64,000 nucleotides of DNA from Amoebidium appalachense (lineage: Eukaryota; Protista; Ichthyosporea): the NCBI GenBank assembly GCA_963693365.1, contig CAVNZM010000001.1, positions 10,194,161 through 10,258,160 on the forward strand, written 5' to 3'. Made by a program: the position numbers and the translations under genes. Below the pieces are notes generated by a model that did no database searches, was not told the origin of the DNA, and saw nothing but the letters and a program-made list of their open reading frames with translations. Each line of letters starts with the position of its first letter. Position 1 is the stretch's first letter. Positions 51,930 through 64,000 of the stretch are shown in pieces.

Positions 51930-51960
<31 letters not shown>

Positions 51961-54900
51961 GCCACGGGGGCAGGCACACGACGGGGGGAACGACGGATAA
52001 TCACCGACGGAATTTCATCGTCATCGGAGGGGGGATCGAGGGACGGCAGGGATGTATCGATTGAGGCCGGCTGATTGGTGGCTTGCACAGAAATTTGATT
52101 GGATGCCGTGGTGAATCGTGATTCGTCGAAGACGACATCGCGGTAGATGTTGACCATGTTGCCTCGTAGATTCATGATGTTGTGAGCCTTGTTGGTGATG
52201 TCCCAGCCCACGTAGACGGATGCCGAGTTTGACGGTAGAGGCCAACTTGTCTCGTTTTAAGGCAGGCACGTGTACATAGGCGGGGCAGCCAAACACGTGC
52301 AGGTGGGAGATGTCAGGCTTGACACCGTAGAAGACTTCAAACGGAGTACGGCCGTTGGCAGCTCTGGCCGGGGTCACGTTGATGATGTAGGCAGCATGCT
52401 TGAGAGCAGCCCCCCACAGCTTGGGGGAAAGGGAGTCGTCCTTGTTCAAGTTATGGTGAAGGAAGCACCGAACGATCTCTTGCAGATCCCTCATCTTCCG
52501 TTCAACGAAGCCGTTGAGCTGAGGGCAGTCAACCGGGGCAAACTCCTGAACGATGCCCTTAGACTGGCAGTACTGCTCCATGGCATGGGAGGTGAACTCG
52601 GACCCGGAGTTGGAACGGAAGTGGGTCACCACCTTGTCGGGCTGCTTGTCGATGCCCTCGACCAGGGCCTTGACGTACTTGTTGTAATACGTAGTATTTA
52701 CATATTGTAAGATCTTCTCAGTTCGTGTTATGTTTTCATTCATTTACTTAGTGAAAGAGATGTGCTCCTTGTACGTAAATTATGACATCGATCTCCAGTG
52801 TGTCTGAGTACTTGTAATCGTGTTGTGTCGGCTATATTCGTGTGTTTAGATATCGATTACAGCAACTGATTATAGGTACACGAGTCTACCCAGTGAGGGA
52901 GAAACGTGTACATGTTATGTGTACATGAATATCTTCGGTTACAACTGTGTTTTCATGTTCGTGTTTTCTGTCCTGCTTTCTTTTCTTTTTTCCTCTTTCT
53001 TCTTCTTTCTTTTCTCTTTCTTTCTTCTCTTGTTTCCTTTCACATAATTATATTTCTTTCTCACTAATATACGTTGAGTAGATTTATATTACTCGTTTTG
53101 TTTTGATTGGTAGAAAAACACTTAGGTTACACTTTAGCTTGTCATGTATGATTCATAGCTTAGTCAACCGCTTTTGTTTTGTGTGTTGCCGTACTATATC
53201 CAATCAGTGGACTTAGTCAGAAAATGTCTGAGTCTTTGTAGCGGGTGATAGGTACGAAACATCACCTCTTTCCTCGTTACTTTTCACCTCATTTCTTTCT
53301 TATAGCTGTGACCTATGGTGTGCGTTCCTGTGTCTCCGGATATATCCGGGAAATAATCAGTTAATTGTGATTGGTTATTTTAGACATAGATCTGATTTCC
53401 GACTGGTCGGAAATCATGTATGGATTTGACTTAAGGGAATTTCAGGTATTTATGCGAGATCAAAATAAATTCAGTTCAGTCGTGTCTAAACATTGATGTC
53501 TGTTGTGTACACTGCTCCGATCGTTCCGTGTTTTGTTGTTGTGTGTCTGTGGTGTTTTCACACTGCCGCACGACTGTGTCTCTGCTTCCATCCCAAATAC
53601 TTATATAATTTTACAGTACTCGAGAGTCTCCGATCGATCACGGAGGAGGTACACGATGGTGTATCCGGAGGCATCACAGGTACAGACGAGGGCCACCTTG
53701 TAGCCACCATAGGAGGCACAAGGAGGCTCAAAGAAGTCCATGTGCCACTTGGCACCGGGGAAGGGGCACTGGGTTCTGGTGCCGGGGAACGGGGCCTTGG
53801 TGGTCTTGCCGGAGACACAGCCGAAGCAATCAGTGGTGTCAGCCACCGAGAGGGATGAGGGGAGGCCCGTCACGAGGTCACCTCTCACCATCTTGGTGAG
53901 GGTGGGCATGGCACGGTGGCCGGGACGATGGTGCCAGAGCTTGGGACAAATGTTGACCTTGACGTTGGCAACCAGGGCAGTGACGGACCCAGGGTGGAGG
54001 GACGTATCTCATAGTCGGTGATGAAGTACAGTACATCGTTGCCGGTGAGAGTACACACAATGTTGCCACCACGAGTGTAGGGAAGGAGGGGAATTCATCC
54101 TCATCATCAAGGTGGGCAAGGATACCCGACTTGGAGGCCATCCAGGGGGAAATCAGGAAGGCCGGGGAGTCGGGCACATAGAGTGTGTTGAGGCTGAGAA
54201 CCGAGGTAACTCCGTCGTAGTTGACAGCCAGGTTGATGATGCCACGGTGATGAGCAGTTACAATGCCGAGACCGTGGACTTCGATCGGGGGGCACGGCTC
54301 GAGGGTGGAGAAGTACTCCTTGACGGGGAACACATGGACGTTGGAGGCCGAGTCCCAGCAGGGGTCCATGGTGAGGGAAGCCGCCGTGGTTGAGACGAGG
54401 GCAAAATGCACCTCTTTGCCAGTCTTGGAGCTGGCACAGTGACGACGGGCAACGGAGCAGCCAGGTTTGTCACATTGAGTGACATGATGATTCTCGTGGA
54501 AATAAGCACAATCGAGGGGGCCAGTGGTCTTGGCACGGGGTTGGCTGTGATGACGGTTACCCCCTTTACGTGAGGGGAATGGTGACCGGGAACGGGGACC
54601 GGGGGAGCGGGACCGGGGATAATCACGGTTGATGGAGGAGGATCGATCATTGGAACGACCACGGTGGAGACGGGAGACGGAGCTGTCACATCGGGGGATC
54701 CGGTGACGCAGGTCGTCCTTGGGAAGGACACAGCTTTGCAGGGCACGTGCAGTACGGACGGAGAGGGAAGACCCGGATCCAGAGTTGGTGAGACCTTCAC
54801 GAATCTCAGCAGCTCGGATGTGACTGATGAGTCGGTTGTAGGTGTCGTAGTTGACGTTACGACGGAAATATCGGCAATTATAGCCTGGATGTCGGAACAC

Positions 54901-55458
54901 ACCAGTTTACGGTTCTTCTTGAGGTGGATGAAGAAGTTGTCAACCATGGTCTTGTGAGGGATTGGCTCATCGAGGATGTGCAGGGTAGTGCACAGACGGC
55001 GTGCCATGGTGAGGTAAGCCGTGACCGTCTTGAAGTCCTTGAGTTCAAGCTCATGGTAGTCGAGGAGGATTCGACGAGCACGATCTTCACGTTCAGCCGC
55101 ATAGGTCATACGGAGGTTGTGGAAAGCTTGGGCAGGTGACACATCATCGTGAATTTGGCCAGAATTATACAGCTCATCATTGGAGACGAGTTGAGTAAAC
55201 ATCTGTTCAAGGAAGTTGGAAGCCTCCGCGGTGTAGGCCTCCTCAGTGTCATAGCCGTGCCACTCGTTCTCGTCGGAAGGATCGACCCACTCGGGGGCCT
55301 TGATGACGGGCCCCTAACTTGGCCGCGATGGTGGTACGCAGATATCGGAAGATGACGGGTTCCCACTCATAATAGGTGAGACGTTTACCGGACTTCTTGT
55401 CCGTGGTGTCCTCCCCTTTCCAGGGGTTGAGGTTGAGGTACGCAGGCTTCTCCGACAT
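50040..55458 (-). pseudogene. Copia gag-pol polyprotein, frameshifted and interrupted
   Basis: Protease CWDSASNVH; integrase zinc region WHHRPGH..CFGC; core WHMDF, FRSNSGSEF (D to N), PQLNGFVERK; RT QLDISTAFL, YGLKQAS, YVDD; RNase H YSDS.FAG, RRSTSGY, STCEAE, YCDNQS, KHIAVRY. Multiple frameshifts and a 936-bp insertion. Confidence 0.93.
52680..53615. mobile_element. Solo LTR (936 bp) of a second family inserted in the copia integrase
   Basis: TG...CA termini with 5-bp TSD GTACT (52675-52679 and 53616-53620). Removing it restores LLRDRSETLEY|VKALVEGIDK. Its start TGTTGTAATACG resembles the host LTR start TGTTGGAATACG. Confidence 0.88.
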
Positions 55459-55576
55459 GGTGATCAATCAGTCAGACGACGCGCGGGAGAGAGATCAGAT
55501 CGGTATTCAAATTTGAATAGTTTCGACTGCAGCGAGAAAATGTGTTGCGAGAGCGTGCGAAAATGGGCCTTTAACC

Positions 55577-58500
55577 TGTTGTTTTGTACGGATCTAAGGG
55601 AGCAGAGTGCACAGAAGTGCCATTAAAACATGACCAACACAATAAAGAGAGGGCAATCGGAGTTGTTCACGACACTTGAAAGATTTCAATAACAACTAAC
55701 TTTTATTGTGCTCTCGGGCCTTTTTGTACTTGCCATTTATCTCTTATTTCAACTAAACGAAGAGAACCAATCGGTTTCTTCAGATGATAGAAAAATACAT
55801 TCCAACAGAGCATACGCATTCCAACTTCCGACATAACTGAAGCTTAGAAACTCATACTTAAATAACTTAAGTAAATTATACAACTTGTCACTATTAATAC
55901 ACATTTATATTTATACTCGTCTCTATAAAGAAACTCATCTAAATACATATACTTCCTAATAGTCGACACTCTCAAAGTGAAGACACATCATGATAAAACG
56001 AATTCCAAACATATCTAATGTGTCCAATCATAACACATATATTAACCACTTTAACTCCACCCAATAGGCGCTTGGAACGAAAGTGTTCCGAGAGTTTGAC
56101 CAATCGAGATCGGCCAATTTTATCGGCAAATTCCACGGATAAAAGCAGGATAAGCCGCGTCGGGTAGTTCACCGACAACATGTCAACAGTTGTTGATGTT
56201 AGCGACGCGCTAGAGGCGCTAGCAGGCTTATAACCAAAGCGAGGTCAGTTTCGCTAAATGATCTGAAAAGTGCGGTAAATCCCGGGAAAAACGGCACGAA
56301 ATAGGATGAACACAAGGGTGCTCGTGGGATAAGGTGCTTTTTTGCACAAAAAGCAATGAGCAACATGTGTTATCAGTGATAAGGGTACCTCAAAAGATGC
56401 CAAAATTACAGGAATCATCATATGATAGCTACAGCCTACATGCATCTTTACGTGCATCTTTACTTCATCCAAGTGGATCCAACATCAATCCTTATGCCCA
56501 AGGCATGCAAGGCCCAAAACGGGGGTTTTTCACTTTTACAAGACGAATTTACGACTATGCCCCAAAGACAGACAGAATGCTAGCCTAGCCTTGGCCATGG
56601 ACGCTGCTGTGCTTGCGATTTTCGGTGAGGGCATGTGGAAGGCCGGCTGTGTTGGAGCCTAACGATTGGTCATATATCTTGTGCTGATAGCATTGCTGTA
56701 CACAACGCTAAATTACTTCTATATATCAGGCTTCTACGTGCGGATAAGTAGAAAAAAATTATAAAAACATGTCTGTAAAAACAGATTATATTTCTGTACA
56801 CGTATTAGTCGAACCTTTTTGTGTGTTCCTTCGTTTACGAAGCTCTTGTGTCGGGTCTGGTGTCAGTTCTTAGAGCCATTCGTTAAATATCATGTCTTAC
56901 TGGATCCGAAAAGCTTGCAGCATACAGTGCAGCGTTATAAAGCTCGAGCTGTGCACTGGCGTGTGGTTGTCGTAATCCGATCCACGCATAAGGTGAATGC
57001 CTAAAACACAAAGGTAAACAGTGAAAAAGAAAACAAAATCTATAAACAGCACAAGTAATAATAAACAAACACAATCATTACGATCTTCTTGCTAAATATA
57101 GTGCTTTTGCCAGCCTGTCTGCAATGTCGCGAATGATCAGATCGTCTTGGGCAACGTTCTACATCTTGTGGTGGGATATGGAATGAACTATCTCGACATG
57201 TACGGGCCACGCACTATATTATGATCTGATAAACTTACGAAAACTGAAACAACAACAGAAAAAAAAAAGGAAAAAAAAAACAGGAAAGAGAAAAGAAAAA
57301 CGAAAAAGGAGAATGAAGCACCCTGTAAACCAGTAGACATGATACAAATGTAGACATATGCATGTCGTTTGCTTGATCACGCGATGGCAAATTGTGACTT
57401 CAGCATGCGCAAAGTTTGTCCTCTTTCCTTGCGTCCAATCAGCAGATAGATTCGCACAAGTCACTCAAGATTTTGCGGACTAATCAGAGAGTCTGCTCGC
57501 TCGCACGTTGCTTTGAACCCAACGTGGAAGCACACACGATAAGGCATTCCGAAAAACCAAACTATGTTTACCGATCGTCTTTATATAGAGAAACCAACCC
57601 ATAGAAAAATAACAAAAACACGTACAAAGCACTTCTAGAACCAAAACTTATCAATATTTATGGGCAATATATTTATAATATCAACTTTTCCAGTGGCTAA
57701 CTGCCCGTTTTCGCGCCATAAGCACACCTCGAAATTACATATAGGCCGCGGTGGAGTCAAAGTGGTTAATAGACAGGAATGCACATCACGATCTATAGAT
57801 GTACTCACTCGCGTCTATTGGTGAGTCACCCTATTTTAAACTACAACTAAACTACTTTGAACTAAAACAAAGACAACGAATATAGCTAGCCAATCATGCT
57901 ACTTCTCAGATAAACAGAGGAGAGCAAACACAGATAAAATACAATAAGTCCTATCAGGTTGGCAAGGGAGCCAGGTGTGCACAGATCTAAAGATATCTGT
58001 GCACACAGAAACAAGGGACTTATCATCTTATCTCAAAAAGAAGAGAACCAATCGGTTCTATCAGATGATAGAAAAATACATTCCAACAGAGCATACACTG
58101 TGGCACATTCCAACTCCCGACATAACTGAAGCTTAGAAACTCTTACTTAAGTAACTTAAGTAATTATACAACTTGTCACTATCATTAGTAATACACATAT
58201 ATATATTTATACTCGTCTCTATAAAGAAACTCATCTAAATACATATATTTCCTAATAGTCGACACTCTCAAAGTGAAGACACATTACGATAAACCGAATT
58301 CCAAACATATCTTTTGTGTCCAATCATAACACGTATATTAATAGACAGGAATGCACATCACGATCTATATATGTACTCACTCACGTTTATTGGTGAGTCA
58401 TCTTATTGTGAACTAAAACTAAACTACTTTGAACTAAAACAAAGACAACGAATATAGCTAGCCAACTTACGCTACTTCTCAGATAAACAGAGGAGAGCAA

Positions 58501-58620
58501 ACACAGATAAAATACAAAAAGTTCTATCAGGCAAGAGAGCCAGGTGTGCACAGATCTACAGATATCTGTGCACACAGAAACAAGGGAGAGAGAGACATAC
58601 GGGGGGGGGGGGGGGGGGGG

Positions 58621-58673
<53 letters not shown>

Positions 58674-58775
58674 GGGGAGAGCACAAAGAAGGAGAGCAGA
58701 CACGAATACAAACAAGGCTAAGACACATACATACTTCAAGACTCTTGCTGTCCTACGTAGTGACGTATTCCAACA
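55577..58775 (-). mobile_element. Copia 5' LTR, expanded by a piggyBac-like insertion and an internal tandem duplication of about 560 bp
   Basis: Minus-strand termini TGTTGGAATACG...GTACAAAACAACA, colinear with the solo LTR at 60450-61460. Segment 55736-56045 plus 57770-58018 is repeated at about 58019-58585. Confidence 0.85.
56046..57765. mobile_element. piggyBac-like (TTAA) non-autonomous DNA transposon, 1720 bp
   Basis: 16-bp TIR CCACTTT(A/G)ACTCCACC with TTAA TSDs at 56042-56045 and 57766-57769. Empty sites with a single TTAA are present in the sister LTR copies at 58338-58341 and 60988-60991. No transposase ORF. Confidence 0.88.
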
Positions 58776-59973
58776 CCACCTCCCCTTGATCCGAGATACC
58801 CGTGCACACGACATATCCCTCCTTGAGTTCGCACAGAAATTTTTGCACAAGTTCTATCCTGTCGGCGATTATCTGCGCCATGTACGAGTCGTCCTCGTTC
58901 ACAAACCCATCGGCATTTCTCACTGAATCCGCCCCAAGACTCGCGTAGTCGTTGTAGTGCCTGTACACGATGCCCATGCATTCATCGTCCGTACGGTACT
59001 TCCTTCCGGGAAGTTTGGTTACCAAATGTCTGTTGGCAAAGAGCATAATCGGCGAAGTAACAGTGTGTAGGCACGTCAATGGCGACTGTAGTTTCTTCTT
59101 CAAGTTGTCGCCGGCAAGTACACCCCGGAGATCCTCGTGAAGATATTCCTTTCGTTTTCCCTCCGGTACCGCGTGCGCAACGTAGCTCGCAATTGCCGTC
59201 ATGATCCGTGCCATGTACTGGTGTTCCACGGGTCCCGTTGGCGCGGTGCGGCAGTTGGTAATCATCCCCCCAAAGACCTTACGCTTGTCGCGAAGCAAAT
59301 ATTTTGTCTGGAACATGGCCGAACCGATCTTGCACGTGTTTGGCCTCCAATGCCCTCCCATAAAATTTGGCTGATTTGTCAGGCGTTACTGCTTGCTGGT
59401 GCGGGGGAGTTGCCGGGTTCGGGTTCGTCTGCGACCTCTGCGACTTCATCCTGCACATATGCATATGTGGTATCAATTATTTAAGTCAGTCTGAGGTAGC
59501 CTAGTTCCGAATAGTTTATGTTCTTTGATAATTTGTGTTCTTTGTCACACACAGTGTTTAAAAACAGCTACTCGGCCCACAGAGACTGTGCGTTTGTGCG
59601 TGCCTGCCTGTCTGCATGTGCGCCTGCTCAGTAGCATGCCTGCATAGGTATGTGTGGGGCATGTGTAATGGTGTATTCGTGTGCATCATGGGTGTGTGCG
59701 TGTCTGCTGGGACAGTGCCTACCAGTTCTACATATGTGAGTGTGTGCATGCAACGGATGAGGGTATATGTGCCAGTGCTTAATAGAAAGTCACCGGTTAA
59801 TGTGTGCGTACTGTGCTAAATCGACGTGTGGGTGGTGTGTGCTTGGGGTGCACACATGTACCATAAAACAAAAACTGTCAGTGGTGCAAGGCTAAAGTCC
59901 GGGTGCAATGTTATGGTATACCCAATGTATTCTATCATACTATATGACATGCTATTCAACGAATGCTTGTGTG

Positions 59974-60163
<190 letters not shown>

Positions 60164-60310
60164 CACAGTGTGTGTGTGTGAGAAAGTCTGCAAGCATGCG
60201 AGTGCGAGTGACTGTGCAAGTGTGTGTGTGTGTATGATGTGTGTGTGTGCCACAGTGTGTGTGTGCGTGTGAGTGTCACAGTGTGTGTGTGTGCGTGTAT
60301 GTGTGTGTCA

Positions 60311-61502
<1,192 letters not shown>

Positions 61503-62032
61503 CATTGTGCGTGTGGTGTGCGAGTGTGCATGTGCCATGTGTGAGTGTGCGAATGTGCATGTGTGTACCGTGACGTGTGTGCATGCATGGGTGTGTGCGT
61601 GATTACGTGCAACGTGCGATCGCACGCGTGTATGTATGTGTGTAGGTGCTGCCTGTGGCTGTGTGAGTGTGGGTTTAACAACAGTACCACAGCCTCGGAA
61701 ATCTCAAAGTGTATCAGTATGTTACACACAGTATAACCTCTGTCCCAGTCCGTGTGACACCTTTCATAGCACTACAACATTTCATATAGAAATAAAACCA
61801 CCGCCGCAAACAGAATCATACCTCTGCGTGTTCTTCGGAGGCCTGCAGCACATGCGCCATGGGAAACGAGGGCTTTACACGCTTGATGTTGCGGCTGTCC
61901 TGGGCCCCTACAAGCCGTGCGATAGTCTGCCAGTGGTCCCGCTTGGGGGGACTTGCTTCAGTGTCGTTGGGCTCCGGTTGAGTCAGAACGTCAGACATGG
62001 CACCAATATAGTAGTAACCTCATATTAGCTCA

Positions 62033-62272
62033 CAGGGGTAGGCTAAGTATTAATATATTATTTTTCCGAATTTAAGATATTAGTGCTAGAAGTTCGGATA
62101 TATCAAGACTCGATGACAGCTAACTAACTATTAACCCCCGGTACATATTGATATTTGAGAATCAGATATTTTTTTCCTAAAAAAAAAGCGATTAAAAAAC
62201 AATAAAAAAAGTAGGCATATCCCTCGCTGGCTAGGCCAATATTCACGTAACCTAAATTTCGGCCTACCCCTG
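62033..62272. mobile_element. Possible MITE (240 bp) next to the lost exon-2 acceptor of the pseudogene
   Basis: 11-bp TIR CAGGGGTAGGC...GCCTACCCCTG with an AT-rich interior. No clean TSD. Confidence 0.4.
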
Positions 62273-63438
62273 TAGTGTCCATGCAACTCGAATGAAGCTA
62301 CACAAGTACATTACCAGTGTTTTGATCGTCGGACAGTATCCAACTATGATAAGCTATCACGGTACATGCACAACACCATGCGAGCACAACAAACAACAAA
62401 ATCGGACATGTTATCCAACTAAGATAAGTTATGTGCAGGCACAATGCCATACATGCACAACCGTTCCCATTACATGCTACGACAAAATAAAATATTCAAT
62501 CATATTCCAAGTTCTATGTATGAGCGCATGGGAGTGCATTACATACCTGGCGAGTGCTCCGAGTCATTTCGCTCACTGCAGCTGTTGTGTTTACCGCGGC
62601 TGCAGCTGCACGACCTGAAGCCCACCGGACAGGTAAACTCGGGGCTGCGTGCACACCATTCACACCAGCGTTAGCGGGCATGATGCTCTCGTATTCTGGT
62701 GGCATGTTGATGCCTTCACGCGTGCAGGAATGAGTGGCGGCACCATCCCCAGTATCCAGGATTGCCAACAGCACGGAAGGAGGTTCCTGTCGTGCGATGG
62801 CGTTTCTCAGCAAAACCATTTTGTCGCTCAGACTAGCAGATGTTTCTTCAACAGTGTAGTGATCTCTCAGCTGTGCGGACTGTTCGAGTTTTTTTTTCTA
62901 GTTCCTTTACTTTCACTGTCAGCTCATTATTATCTTCTTCCAATCCGTTCATTTTCTTTAGATCTACTTTCCTCGTTTTTCTGGTCGTGTATGTTCGTCA
63001 GCCGGGTCAATTCATTATCCATTTCCTCCAGCTCTCTTTCTCTCGCATCTAGTTCTTGCTCTCTCACCTGCACATTCTGCTCTCGAACTCTCAATTCTTT
63101 CTGTTTCTTTTCCCTCTCTTTTTCTTCCTCCTTGTTTTTTGCTTCTATCTGCTCCACCCTTTTCTTCACCCCTGCAGTGTAAGCTGCGGTTAGTTCTTGC
63201 AACAAACTGCTTGCCATGTCTGCAATCGTGGTTTTTGCATTATGCTCACTCTGCGCCATTTTGCAGTTTTATAAAACTATAGCTACTGCATGAGAGACCT
63301 GTCAACGCAGCAACAACATACTAATCTTTTAGAGGCGTAGAGCGAATACATACAGCCAGCCCCTAACACGTACTGACATGTTGCCGCACGTGCGACATTA
63401 TACATCTACTTGAGGCGGCTTGAGGTGTCCCTTTTTGC

Positions 63439-63474
<36 letters not shown>

Positions 63475-63809
63475 TGACACCGCCTCAGTAGGTGGTAGAG
63501 CCAGCCCCAACAAGGACAACACTGTAAGCATACATGCACTGGCCTGGGTGAGCCGCGAGCGCTGTTCAGTTGCCCAAAAAGGCAACAACCACCGGCGTTT
63601 AGCCTCGACCGAAGGTGATTCGAACTGTGTACATATGTGGTTGTTCCGTACCTGTCGCCGTGTTCACTAAACAGAATAAAATATTAGTCAACACACACAG
63701 TGGGTGCTTAATATATTATTCAGGGTGAACCTTCCATGGCATCTAATTTACATTAATCTCGTTCGACCCATCTATCATAGTTCCGACACAAATCCACGCC
63801 ATATATACG

Positions 63810-63866
<57 letters not shown>

Positions 63867-64000
63867 CTACTTTTTTTATTGTTTTATTATTATTATTATA
63901 TATATATACATACACCATACGCGTTAACACCTAGCTAGATCTTCAAAGGAGACATACCGTACCAAGAGGGCAACATTCTGTGTGCAAATACCAAAATCGA

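Larger units (their letters stand above)
49790..58775 (-). mobile_element. Ty1/copia LTR retrotransposon, degenerate; 5' LTR present, 3' LTR missing
   Basis: Domain order gag-PR-IN-RT-RH. 5' LTR at 58775-55577, PBS at 55576-55564, and a degenerate PPT-like CTGAGG near 49795. The left boundary is approximate. Confidence 0.92.

Noticed and set aside
50203-52710. Long + strand ORFs opposite copia pol
   Set aside because: Antisense shadows of GC-rich coding sequence.

Overview
Eukaryotic nuclear DNA, intron-rich and full of microsatellites ((CA)n/(GT)n, (CT)n, poly-C/G/T). The gene set suggests a unicellular opisthokont or holozoan, but that is inference. Most ORFs in the track are repeat artefacts. 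Spliced by hand, the window holds three intron-rich + strand genes: a divergent pyruvate dehydrogenase E2 (DLAT-like), a Got1/GOLT1 vesicle-transport gene and an ARHGAP1-like Sec14/BCH-RhoGAP. It also holds a tandem pair of intronless 8-TM class C GPCR-like genes (one intact, one frameshifted) and two inverted paralogs of an unknown coiled-coil gene. Both coiled-coil paralogs change reading frame at the same G-A9-CTC run, while synonymous substitutions support the frame on each side. This candidate recoding site is the top finding, with homopolymer error as the main alternative. The second paralog is broken by a nested transposon stack: a Ty1/copia element, two solo LTRs and a TTAA piggyBac-like element. 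Several MITEs and a tRNA-derived SINE-like relic are also present.
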